A DNA stretch of 64,000 nucleotides, taken from contig JBFWNU010000001.1 in the NCBI GenBank assembly GCA_050250895.1, forward strand, positions 1,672,008 to 1,736,007, in the 5' to 3' direction. Within the stretch, counting starts at the first letter, position 1; each line of letters opens with the position of its first letter. Below are positions 9,470 to 17,768 of this stretch, one piece after another. The position numbers were made by a program, and so were the translations under genes. This DNA is from Vulcanimicrobiota bacterium. GTDB lineage: Bacteria; Vulcanimicrobiota; Xenobia; Xenobiales; JADMJV01. The notes under the pieces are model-generated. The model was not told the origin of the DNA, made no database searches, and saw nothing but the letters and a program-made list of their open reading frames with translations.

Positions 9470-10438
9470 GTGAAAGTCCAACCCCTCACCAAACAACAGG
9501 CCGTCGGCCGATTGCAATCCGAAGAAGCCCAATTCTTGCGGGATAATCGCATGGACCGGGCCACCGCCATGATCGAGGCCCGGGAGACCCTGGAGCGGGG
9601 AAAAGGCGATGACCTGTGGGAGATCTACACTCAGGCCCGCCAGGACGAAGCCCGTTGGGAACGCGTGGTAGGGATGATTGTGCCCAAAGAGCGCACCGAC
9701 GGTGAAAAGGCGAAGACCTTTATCGGCCTGAGTGCTGGCGGCGTCGCCGTCGGGGTGGCCGGCCATTATCTGCGCACGGGCGACCTGGGTCAAGCTCTGG
9801 CCCTGGGTGGGGCTGCCTCGTTCCTCTGTCTGACGGATGCGCTTTTTCTGGCCATCGGGGCCGACACCGGCGTGGACTTGACCCGGACCCTCGGGGCGAT
9901 CAATGCCACCGCAGTGATTGCGGGCATGACCGCCAATCATTGGCTGCCCGCCTTGCTCGCCGGGGGAGCCACCCTGACGCTGGCAACCACCGTCGGGTCG
10001 GTGGCCGCTCATCAGGCCGGCAAGAATCGACAGATCCAGCAAGTCATCACCGACAATCGGCAACTCTTCGAAGCCCCCTCGAGCCCCTCGACTCAACTGG
10101 GCTCGGCCATCACCAAGAGGCACATCCTGGAGACGCTGGCCAAGCTCAGCACCAAATCCAGGGAAGAGGGAGACTATCAGGGGGCGATGGATGCTCGTGA
10201 GGACATGCAGCGTCTCGCCAACTTGAAGGGTGACACCTATCACGACATGTTTCTGGGCACCCGCGGCGACGAGCGCGGACGGAAGCTGCTCACTCGCTAC
10301 GCCGATGCGATCCTGGATGACGCTCGCAACCGCGAAGAGATCCAGGCGCTTCTTCAGGGGGATCAGGCGGGCACGCAGCTGCTGATCGAAGAGGATGCGA
10401 TCGAGGTGGGGGACCAGCATCTGCCGGTCTCGTCTTGA
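9470..10438 (+). CDS. Hypothetical membrane protein
   Basis: 322-aa ORF with about four hydrophobic segments; ends IEEDAIEVGDQHLPVSS. Confidence 0.65.
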   Translation: MKVQPLTKQQAVGRLQSEEAQFLRDNRMDRATAMIEARETLERGKGDDLWEIYTQARQDEARWERVVGMIVPKERTDGEKAKTFIGLSAGGVAVGVAGHYLRTGDLGQALALGGAASFLCLTDALFLAIGADTGVDLTRTLGAINATAVIAGMTANHWLPALLAGGATLTLATTVGSVAAHQAGKNRQIQQVITDNRQLFEAPSSPSTQLGSAITKRHILETLAKLSTKSREEGDYQGAMDAREDMQRLANLKGDTYHDMFLGTRGDERGRKLLTRYADAILDDARNREEIQALLQGDQAGTQLLIEEDAIEVGDQHLPVSS

Positions 10439-10484
10439 TGGAGCCCCGGGAAGACATGAACTCCTGGCGGCGAAGTGTAGCTTT

Positions 10485-12560
10485 ATGCGACGAGGCCTGA
10501 GCCTGCTAGAGATCGTGGTCGCCACCGCCCTGCTGCTGGTGGCGGCCGGTCTATTCTTGCTGAACACCCGGCCGGCTACCTCGAAAGCAGGCGCGCGGTC
10601 CCTGGCTCAGTTGGTGGCCGAAGAGCTGCGTCGGGCCCGCCAACTGGCCATTAGCCAGGGCCAACCCGTGGCCGTTTGCTTTCCCAGCGATGAAGACCGG
10701 TTTAGCCATTGCCACAGTCTCTACGTGTTGCGCGGTTGGGACCAGCCTCGGATCGAACGGCGGCGCGACTTCTCGCAAGAGTTCAAGGGGGTGGCCCTGT
10801 TCAACGGCCGCTGGCCCTCCACCCCGCCGATGACGGTAGCGGCACCGGCCACGGAGAAGTTTCCTGGCTTTGATGTCGCGGTCTGGTTGGGTGGGTCAGC
10901 CAGCGACTTCTGCTATGTCTTTTTGCCCGACGGCAGCGTGACCAGTAACGGCCTGCCCTCGTTTGACCAGGCCTTCCACCTGGTGTCGGCCCACGGCCTG
11001 CGTTATGCCGGGGCAACTGGTTCGTCGCCCATTGTGCGCCAACTGGAAGGAACCGGTGAGGCCTACACGGTGTCGGTCAGCTTTTCAGGAGCCGTCGAGA
11101 TGAACACCGGAGTGACCGGCTCGGCTCTGACCGCCACGGTCGAGTTGAATGGCGAGCCAGGCGCCGCCTTGATAGACGAGGACGGCCCCTTTACGGGTAA
11201 TGTCACCATCCGCGAGGTCACGGTGTTGTCGGCCTCGCGAGTCGAGACCTTGCCCTCGGGCGTCTCTGCCACGTTAGGTCCCAACGAGTATCTCGAACTC
11301 GGGGTGTTGGCCTCGGCCGACCAGGGCGGCGAACTGTATTGCGAGTGGACCAGCCGCGGGGGCGGCACCTTCAGCTATCCCGGTCGCACCCGCATGCGTT
11401 GGGACGCCGAGGCGGGTGGTTGGCGTTCTGATTGGGTCTGGCGCCCGTCGCTGGATTCGGCCGACGGCCAGGTCTTCGAGTTGACCTGCGAGGTCGAGGA
11501 GGCTACCAGTGGCGTCACGGTCCAGACGCGCGACGCCGACTTTCCCAACGGTAGCAATCAGGTTCAGGTCGTGCGCCAGGGTCAGGTTCTATTCGAGAAG
11601 GACTTGGCCGGTCGGCGCCAGATCTTTCTGCGTAACCTCGACGGCAACTACGAGCAACACCTGATCACCAGCCAGGCTAATGACCGCCAACCCCAGGCCT
11701 CGGCCGATGGCTCGCGCATCGCTTTTCGTTCCGACCGAGCCGGCACCTACGACATCTATGGGACCAGTTTCGAAGCGGCCGGATTGGCGGGGGATACCCA
11801 GCGGCCCCAGGCCGAACGGGTGGGTCGTCTGGTGCGCATCTCGAATAGCCCCGGCATCGAGACCGTCCCCACCATCTCGCCAGCCGGCGACCGGGTGGCC
11901 TGGAAATGGGTGGACGCGGTAGGCGGGCTGAATCTTTGTCTGCGCCGCTGGGACGGGGGACCTCCCAGCGGGAACTACGTGGTCACCGCCCTGGGGCGTC
12001 CCTCGGTGCTCGAAGACAGATTGTGTTGGACCGCCGACGGGCGCAATCTACTGTTTGACGGACGACCGCCGGGTAGCACCGACGCGGTGCCCCTGCGAGC
12101 AGTCATTCGCAAACTGGCCAACGTGCCCTCGGGTCCGGTGGTCCAGAACCTGGCAGCCAACGGCGATCCCACTCGTGACGTCAACGACCCCGGTAGCAAC
12201 AACCAGAGTCCTCACCTGACCCGGGACGGCAACTGGTTGTTTTTTGCCTCCGATCGGGGGCGGCCCGAGAACGACCTGCGAATCTATCGGGTGCGCTGGA
12301 ATCCGGCCACCAACGATGTGGCCCAACAGGGCGTCGACGCTCTGGGCAACCCCGTCTTCCACGCTCCCCAGGTGATCACGTTTTCGGGACCGAGCGGCGC
12401 GCTGAGCTTGCCGACCACGAATACCGATGGATCGTTGTTGTTCGTGACCGAGATCGCGGGTAGTGAGCACCGCCTCTGGCGGGTGGAGTTGGCCTCGGGT
12501 CAGGCCGTCTCCTTGACCGACTCGGGCGAGTTGGAGGCCAACCCCAGTTGGACGCCTTGA
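10485..12560 (+). CDS. Pilin/pseudopilin (GspH/FimT-like N-terminus) fused to TolB/PD40-like beta-propeller
   Basis: Class III signal MRRG|LSLLE plus hydrophobic helix; repeats QPQASADGSRIAFRSDR, PTISPAGDRVAW, SPHLTRDGNWLFFASDR. Confidence 0.75.
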   Translation: MRRGLSLLEIVVATALLLVAAGLFLLNTRPATSKAGARSLAQLVAEELRRARQLAISQGQPVAVCFPSDEDRFSHCHSLYVLRGWDQPRIERRRDFSQEFKGVALFNGRWPSTPPMTVAAPATEKFPGFDVAVWLGGSASDFCYVFLPDGSVTSNGLPSFDQAFHLVSAHGLRYAGATGSSPIVRQLEGTGEAYTVSVSFSGAVEMNTGVTGSALTATVELNGEPGAALIDEDGPFTGNVTIREVTVLSASRVETLPSGVSATLGPNEYLELGVLASADQGGELYCEWTSRGGGTFSYPGRTRMRWDAEAGGWRSDWVWRPSLDSADGQVFELTCEVEEATSGVTVQTRDADFPNGSNQVQVVRQGQVLFEKDLAGRRQIFLRNLDGNYEQHLITSQANDRQPQASADGSRIAFRSDRAGTYDIYGTSFEAAGLAGDTQRPQAERVGRLVRISNSPGIETVPTISPAGDRVAWKWVDAVGGLNLCLRRWDGGPPSGNYVVTALGRPSVLEDRLCWTADGRNLLFDGRPPGSTDAVPLRAVIRKLANVPSGPVVQNLAANGDPTRDVNDPGSNNQSPHLTRDGNWLFFASDRGRPENDLRIYRVRWNPATNDVAQQGVDALGNPVFHAPQVITFSGPSGALSLPTTNTDGSLLFVTEIAGSEHRLWRVELASGQAVSLTDSGELEANPSWTP

Positions 12561-13327
12561 AGCGAGGCTATTCGCTGGCCGAGTCGGTCATCGGGATGTT
12601 GATTTTGCTGGCCGGCTTTGTGGTCATGGTGCGGCTCTACGACGCCGCTTTGCGCCAGGCCGCCGCCACCGAACGCCAGGCCCTGGCCACCGTCATCGCC
12701 GAGCGGGAACTCGAACGGATCAAGACCTGGTCCCAGGACGAGCACGCCGGGGGACGCGCTTTTTCAGACTGGAGCGGGGTAACCGGCACGCACCAGGCCG
12801 ATGGGTACTCGGACTTCGAGGTCGAAGTGCAGGTCTTTCCCGTCGAACTGGCCGTGCCTTCGAGCCAACTCGAGTCGGGGCTTGGGCCACTGCAAAAGAG
12901 GCTCGACGCTTCGGTGGCTCGAGTCGAGGTCGAGGTGCGCCACCGTGAGGGCTCCTTGCGGCTGGCCGGGCTCCTGACCGAGCCCCGGCGAACCAATCCG
13001 GTGGTCACGGTCACCCCGGTAGGAGGCGGCTCGCTGCCGCTGGCCCGCGACGGCGCGCTCGAATTCGAAGCCAGCGCGTTCGCCGACGGGGGACCGCTCG
13101 AGGATGTGGCTTTCGGTTGGAAGGTGACCGGGGTCGGCAACGGCACCCTCGAACTGCTGGACCGGTCTGGCCGACGAGTGCGCTTTCGCAACCGCATCGA
13201 GATTCCGGGCCAGGGGGTCACCTATTCGACCCAGACCAGCCCCGGCGCGACCTGCCGCGTGGAAGCTCGCGTCGTCTATTACGGAGAGGAGGTCTCGGGC
13301 CAATCCGACGCCTTCGAACTACAGTAG
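12548..13327 (+). CDS. Minor pilin/pseudopilin (PilV/GspI-like)
   Basis: KRG|YSLAE followed by a hydrophobic helix. Confidence 0.7.
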   Translation: MDALKRGYSLAESVIGMLILLAGFVVMVRLYDAALRQAAATERQALATVIAERELERIKTWSQDEHAGGRAFSDWSGVTGTHQADGYSDFEVEVQVFPVELAVPSSQLESGLGPLQKRLDASVARVEVEVRHREGSLRLAGLLTEPRRTNPVVTVTPVGGGSLPLARDGALEFEASAFADGGPLEDVAFGWKVTGVGNGTLELLDRSGRRVRFRNRIEIPGQGVTYSTQTSPGATCRVEARVVYYGEEVSGQSDAFELQ

Positions 13328-13815
13328 GCGCGAGCCTGGCCGAGGCCGTCATCACCCTGTTCCTGGTAGCGGTGGTGCTGGGGGCGGTAGCTCGCTTGCT
13401 GACGCTCTCGCACGAGGCGGTCGAGCATCTGGCCAAGAAGGATCGCACCACGGTGGCGGCCCAACAGGCTCTGAGCGGTCTTCTAGGCGAAGCGCGAGAA
13501 GGGTTGAGCTGGGTCCCCCATCCCGAGGATGCTCGGGGACTGGCCTTCGAGAAGGTCGACCCCGCGGCCGACCTGTTTGATCCGACCGGCTCGCTGCCCT
13601 GGCCGCCGGCCAGCGCCAGGCTGGTGGTTGGCTATCATCTCGAGTCGGGCCGCCTGATTCGCACCGCCGGGGCCACTCGCCAGACGCTAGCCACGGGTCT
13701 GGCTGGGTTCGAGTGGTCGCATGACCGAGCTCAGGTGCTCAGGGTCCGCCTGAGTGTGGAAGAGTCCAAGAAGGTCATGGTGCTCGAGTCGGAGGTTCGA
13801 TGCCCCCTTCAGTGA
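13303..13815 (+). CDS. Minor pilin/pseudopilin (PilW/GspJ-like); start uncertain
   Basis: G|ASLAEAVITLFLVAVVLG; no canonical start codon close to the motif. Confidence 0.55.
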   Translation: MRRLRTTVGASLAEAVITLFLVAVVLGAVARLLTLSHEAVEHLAKKDRTTVAAQQALSGLLGEAREGLSWVPHPEDARGLAFEKVDPAADLFDPTGSLPWPPASARLVVGYHLESGRLIRTAGATRQTLATGLAGFEWSHDRAQVLRVRLSVEESKKVMVLESEVRCPLQ

Positions 13816-14306
13816 CAAAGCGCGGAGTGGTCATCGTGCTGGTTCTGTTCACGCTGGCGGTGTTGCTACTGTCCGGCTTGGGCCTGCTCGGCAGCCGAGC
13901 TTTGCGCCAGGCTGCTACCCGCCAACAGCAAGAGGCGGTGCAGGCCGCCTGGCTGGCCCAGGCCGGTCTCGAGGATGCCCGGGTCAAATTGGCTAAGCGC
14001 CTGGATTTTCCGCCGCCGGGCGCCATGGACCAGACATTCTATAGCTATTCCGAGCGACTGGTGGATTCGCGGGGAGCCGAGGTCGGGCACTACCTGGTGA
14101 CCCTCGATTCTACTCAGTTGCACGAGCCGTTCTATCTCTTGCGGCTCACCAGTGAAGGCATGGTAGGGCCACGGCAGAGCCCGCGGGCCAGCCGAGTCAT
14201 CACGGCCACGCTCGACCTGCGCGGCGACGACCGTTTCGGTGACGGCCTACCGACTTCGCCCCGCCTGTTCCAATGGGTTGATTGGAACGACGGCGGGATT
14301 CTCTAG
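13812..14306 (+). CDS. Minor pilin (PilX/GspK-like)
   Basis: KRG|VVIVLVLFTL lacking E5, then QAAWLAQAGLEDA typical of the PilX N-terminus; GTGA overlap. Confidence 0.7.
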   Translation: MTKRGVVIVLVLFTLAVLLLSGLGLLGSRALRQAATRQQQEAVQAAWLAQAGLEDARVKLAKRLDFPPPGAMDQTFYSYSERLVDSRGAEVGHYLVTLDSTQLHEPFYLLRLTSEGMVGPRQSPRASRVITATLDLRGDDRFGDGLPTSPRLFQWVDWNDGGIL

Positions 14307-15907
14307 ACAAAGCTAGCGAGCATTCCATAAAGCGGCAAGAAGATGGACAGCACCACGGTAGCCACGGCGCCGGCCACCAGGGTCACCAGCAGTGGTTCGA
14401 GAGCCGCCGTCAGCGCCTCGAGGCGGCCCTCTAACTCTTGCTCGAGCAGGCGCTCGAAGTGGCCCACCATCTGGCCCAGGTGCCCCGATTCTTCACCCAC
14501 GCGAACCAGCCCCACCAGGATGGAAGGATAGCAGTCGGGCCGCGCGGCCATGTGCGCGCTGAGCGGCTCACCCTGAGTCAGGTCCTCGACCAGGGGGGCC
14601 GCGTCTTCTTCGATCAAAGGGTTGGCCGAGGCCTGAGCCGCTAGCGGCATCACTTGCAGCAAATTGAGACCGGCCCCGTTCAGCATGGCGATGGCCGAGC
14701 AATAGCGACTCAGACCCGTCAAGTGCAAGATGGGGCCCACCAGGGGGATCCGCAAGGCGAGCGAGTAGAGGCGGATTCGCCCCTCTTCGGTGCGACCATA
14801 ATCGCGCAGCCCGGCCACCACTAGCCCCAGCAAGCCGACGACGGCCAGATGCACGCCCGGGTTCTGGGCCGCGGCCGTGAGCCAGAGCACGGCTCGCGTG
14901 ATCAGCGGCAACTCGAGATTGCGGCCCTCGAAAACCTCGAACAAGCCGGGCATGACCGTCACGAACAGGCCGATGGTGATGAGGGCTGCACTGAGCAGCA
15001 CAAAAGCGGGGTACAGCAGCGATGAAACGACTCGCCGCCGAGTCTGGCCATCGCGCTCGAGCCAGTCGGCCGTGCGGTCGAGGGCTGGAGATAGGCCCCC
15101 GGTGTCCTCTCCCACCCGCACCATGGCCAGAAAAACCCGGTCGAAGAGCTGAGGAAACCGGCTCATCGCCTGCGAGAGGGTGATTCCCTTTTCGACCTGG
15201 GCGGCCAGGTCCAGCACGGCCTCGCCGAAGTTCGCGTCTTCTTGATGGGAAAGGGCATCCAGGCTAGGCACGATGCCGACTCCCGAGCGAAAGAGCAGGG
15301 CCAGCTGGCGGCAGAAGATGGCTATCGTCTCGGGCCGGCAGCGGGCCCGCTCGCGCCAGTCGGTCTGGGTTGAACTGGTCGTGCTCGGTGGGATCTGGCT
15401 GGCGAGTTGGGCGCGAGGGGCAGCCGGAGGGCGGGCCGGGGGCAAAATATGGTAGTCGGGAGTCGTCGCCAGCAAGCCTTGCGGCTGACCCGACTTGAGG
15501 CTCTGCTCGACGGCGCGACAGGTAGTTTGCACCAGACTCAGATCGGCGCGGGTGAAATGAGGCGTTCCCTGTTTGCCATCGGCGTAGATGACGCCCCCAA
15601 CCCGATCGCTGTCGAGCCAGAGGGGCGCGCAGACGATCGACTTCACATCGGCCAACAGCGACGAGAATTCGCGCTCGGGCAACTCGTGGGCGGTGTTGGT
15701 CAGAATCGGCAAGCCTTCACGCAGACAGTTGCGGATGACCGACAGACTGACGTCCGAGGCCGTCCAGACCTGGGCGCCCTCGACCCCATGACAGGCCCGC
15801 ACGGACGGCTCGGGTTGGGGTGGATCGGCGTGGAGGATCACGATGCGCTCGGCCTGCAAATCCTCCACCAGGTGAGTCAGGGCGGCGGAAAAAATGGCCT
15901 CAGCCAA
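14303..15907 (-). CDS. GAF domain fused to type II secretion/T4P platform protein (GspF/PilC)
   Basis: N-terminal SIVCAPLW...GGVIYAD GAF pattern; two T2SSF repeats FCRQLALLFRSGV...VRVGEDTG and ...VRVGEESG; LLYP and IFLPLY motifs. Confidence 0.85.
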   Translation of the reverse strand: MAEAIFSAALTHLVEDLQAERIVILHADPPQPEPSVRACHGVEGAQVWTASDVSLSVIRNCLREGLPILTNTAHELPEREFSSLLADVKSIVCAPLWLDSDRVGGVIYADGKQGTPHFTRADLSLVQTTCRAVEQSLKSGQPQGLLATTPDYHILPPARPPAAPRAQLASQIPPSTTSSTQTDWRERARCRPETIAIFCRQLALLFRSGVGIVPSLDALSHQEDANFGEAVLDLAAQVEKGITLSQAMSRFPQLFDRVFLAMVRVGEDTGGLSPALDRTADWLERDGQTRRRVVSSLLYPAFVLLSAALITIGLFVTVMPGLFEVFEGRNLELPLITRAVLWLTAAAQNPGVHLAVVGLLGLVVAGLRDYGRTEEGRIRLYSLALRIPLVGPILHLTGLSRYCSAIAMLNGAGLNLLQVMPLAAQASANPLIEEDAAPLVEDLTQGEPLSAHMAARPDCYPSILVGLVRVGEESGHLGQMVGHFERLLEQELEGRLEALTAALEPLLVTLVAGAVATVVLSIFLPLYGMLASFV

Positions 15908-17768
15908 GGCCAGGCTCCAGGGGCAGGCTCAGGCAGAAGCAAGCACCTCCCAATTGGCTCGGTTCGAGGCTCAGCTCGCCGCCTGCGGCGCGCAGATTTT
16001 GGCGGCTGATAGCCAGGCCCAGGCCATTGCCCTGACCGATCTTCTTAGTGGAGAAGAACGGCTCGAAAACCTTCTCGGCCTGCTCGGGGGCAACCCCGGG
16101 CCCGTTGTCGTCTACCCGCACTGCGAGCCGGCCGTCCTGGGGGGTGGCCGTGAGTCGAATCAAGCGGCGGGGCTGGTCGTCGGCGAGGGCGTCGATGGCG
16201 TTCTTGATGACGTTGGTCAGGGCCCAATAGCAATCCTGGGTACCGCCCTGGACGATGAAGTCCTCGTCGATCTGGTTTTCTAGCTCGACTCTCTTTTGAC
16301 GCAGATAGGGTTGGAGCGAGCTGAGGCTATCACTGAGCACCGAGGTGATCGAGAAGCTCTCGGCGGGTCGCGCCTCGGCCGGCCGGCTATAAAGCAGCAG
16401 GCGGTCGGTCACCCGCTGACACCGCTCGACGGATTTGAGGATCAAGCCCAGACTGTCGGTGGCCGGCGGCGGGCCGGTGAGAAAGGCGAGAGCAGTCTCG
16501 GCCGAGAGCTTGATGGCTCCTAAAGGGGTGTTCAGCTCGTGGGCGGCGTTGGCGGCCAGGCGGCCGGCCGCCGCCCACTGGCTCGACTCGACGAGCTGGT
16601 CCTGGCTGGCCCGCAGGTCGGCGTGCGACTGGCGCACTTGCTCGAGCCGCTCGAGAGCCAACAAGGCCGCCCCCGCCTGACGGCCGATGACGGCGAAGAA
16701 CTCTTCTAAAAAGTCGGGGTAGGGTTCGGGCCCTATCCGCCCCAGATGCATGACCCCCATCCCCCCCAGAGGGACCATGATATGCGAACCCAGCTCACGC
16801 CAACCCGGGTCGGAAAAGAGTTGACCGTTGGCCCGGGCCACCCGGTCGATCGATTCAGGCAAGCGAGGGGCGGGCGTCTCGCCACCGTTCAGCAGGCTTG
16901 CCGCCGCCTGAGCGTTGCACCAGACGAAGCCTCCGTCGGCGGCCACGATTTCGAGACTCTTCTCGAGCAAGAGGCGGCACAGGGCGCGAGTCTGATCGAT
17001 TTCGCTAAGGCCTTGACTCAAGGTGTCGAGCAGTTCTAGTTGGCGGTCCTTTCGCGACAAGAGTTGACCGCGCACCGCCGTTTCTCGCTTGAGTTCCCGG
17101 GCCTGCTCGCGGACATGGGCCAGACCGCGGCGTGTTCGCCGCAAGCTGTCGCGAAGAGCCCAAAGTTGCTTGACTAGCTGGCCCCGCAGAGCGGTCAGGG
17201 CAAATAATAAAGGCAGGTAGAGAACGGCCAGGCCCGGTTGGACGGCGGCGGCCAGATTCATGGCCAGCGCCACGGTCGGCAAGACCACCACCAGCAGAAT
17301 GTCCTGGTGGAAGGCCCGACTGCGGCAAGCCAGCAAAAGCCCCACCAGGAGATAGGCCTCGAGCACCTGCAATTGGCCCGAGAGAGTGTCCACGCCTCGC
17401 CACAGCGCCACCGCCCCGGCGGCTACCAGTGGCAACAGGGCGCGGCCCGAATCGGCGAGGTGTTCGGGGCGGGGCGAGCGCAGCAACAGCGTCAGGGCCA
17501 CTCCCAGCAGACCGCACAGCATGCCTGCCGCCAGTGGCAAGTGCGACCCTGCCATGGCAAAAAGGGCCAGGGCTGTCGAGGTGCGCTGCAGTTCGAGTTC
17601 GGCGGCCAGGCCGGCCACCAGTTCCAAAGCGACGGTAGAGCATAGCACCAGCCCGAGCAACAGAGCCGACCATTGGGCCGGTCCTGGAGCCGGATAGAAC
17701 AACAAAGCCAGGGCAGGCAGCCAGCCGCCCAGACACCAGAGCGTGGTGGTGAGGTCCGGATTTTTCAC
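15900..17768 (-). CDS. Membrane sensor histidine kinase
   Basis: Multi-TM N-terminus; AHELNTPL H-box, NVIKNAIDA N-box, DNGPG, FEPFFSTK, GNGLGL. Confidence 0.9.
   Translation of the reverse strand: MKNPDLTTTLWCLGGWLPALALLFYPAPGPAQWSALLLGLVLCSTVALELVAGLAAELELQRTSTALALFAMAGSHLPLAAGMLCGLLGVALTLLLRSPRPEHLADSGRALLPLVAAGAVALWRGVDTLSGQLQVLEAYLLVGLLLACRSRAFHQDILLVVVLPTVALAMNLAAAVQPGLAVLYLPLLFALTALRGQLVKQLWALRDSLRRTRRGLAHVREQARELKRETAVRGQLLSRKDRQLELLDTLSQGLSEIDQTRALCRLLLEKSLEIVAADGGFVWCNAQAAASLLNGGETPAPRLPESIDRVARANGQLFSDPGWRELGSHIMVPLGGMGVMHLGRIGPEPYPDFLEEFFAVIGRQAGAALLALERLEQVRQSHADLRASQDQLVESSQWAAAGRLAANAAHELNTPLGAIKLSAETALAFLTGPPPATDSLGLILKSVERCQRVTDRLLLYSRPAEARPAESFSITSVLSDSLSSLQPYLRQKRVELENQIDEDFIVQGGTQDCYWALTNVIKNAIDALADDQPRRLIRLTATPQDGRLAVRVDDNGPGVAPEQAEKVFEPFFSTKKIGQGNGLGLAISRQNLRAAGGELSLEPSQLGGACFCLSLPLEPGLG

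Noticed and set aside
9391-9470. Possible frameshift at the G5 run (9439-9443) joining ATG 9391 to the 9470 ORF
   Set aside because: Plausible but unsupported; GTG 9470 is an adequate start and G5 runs are common here.
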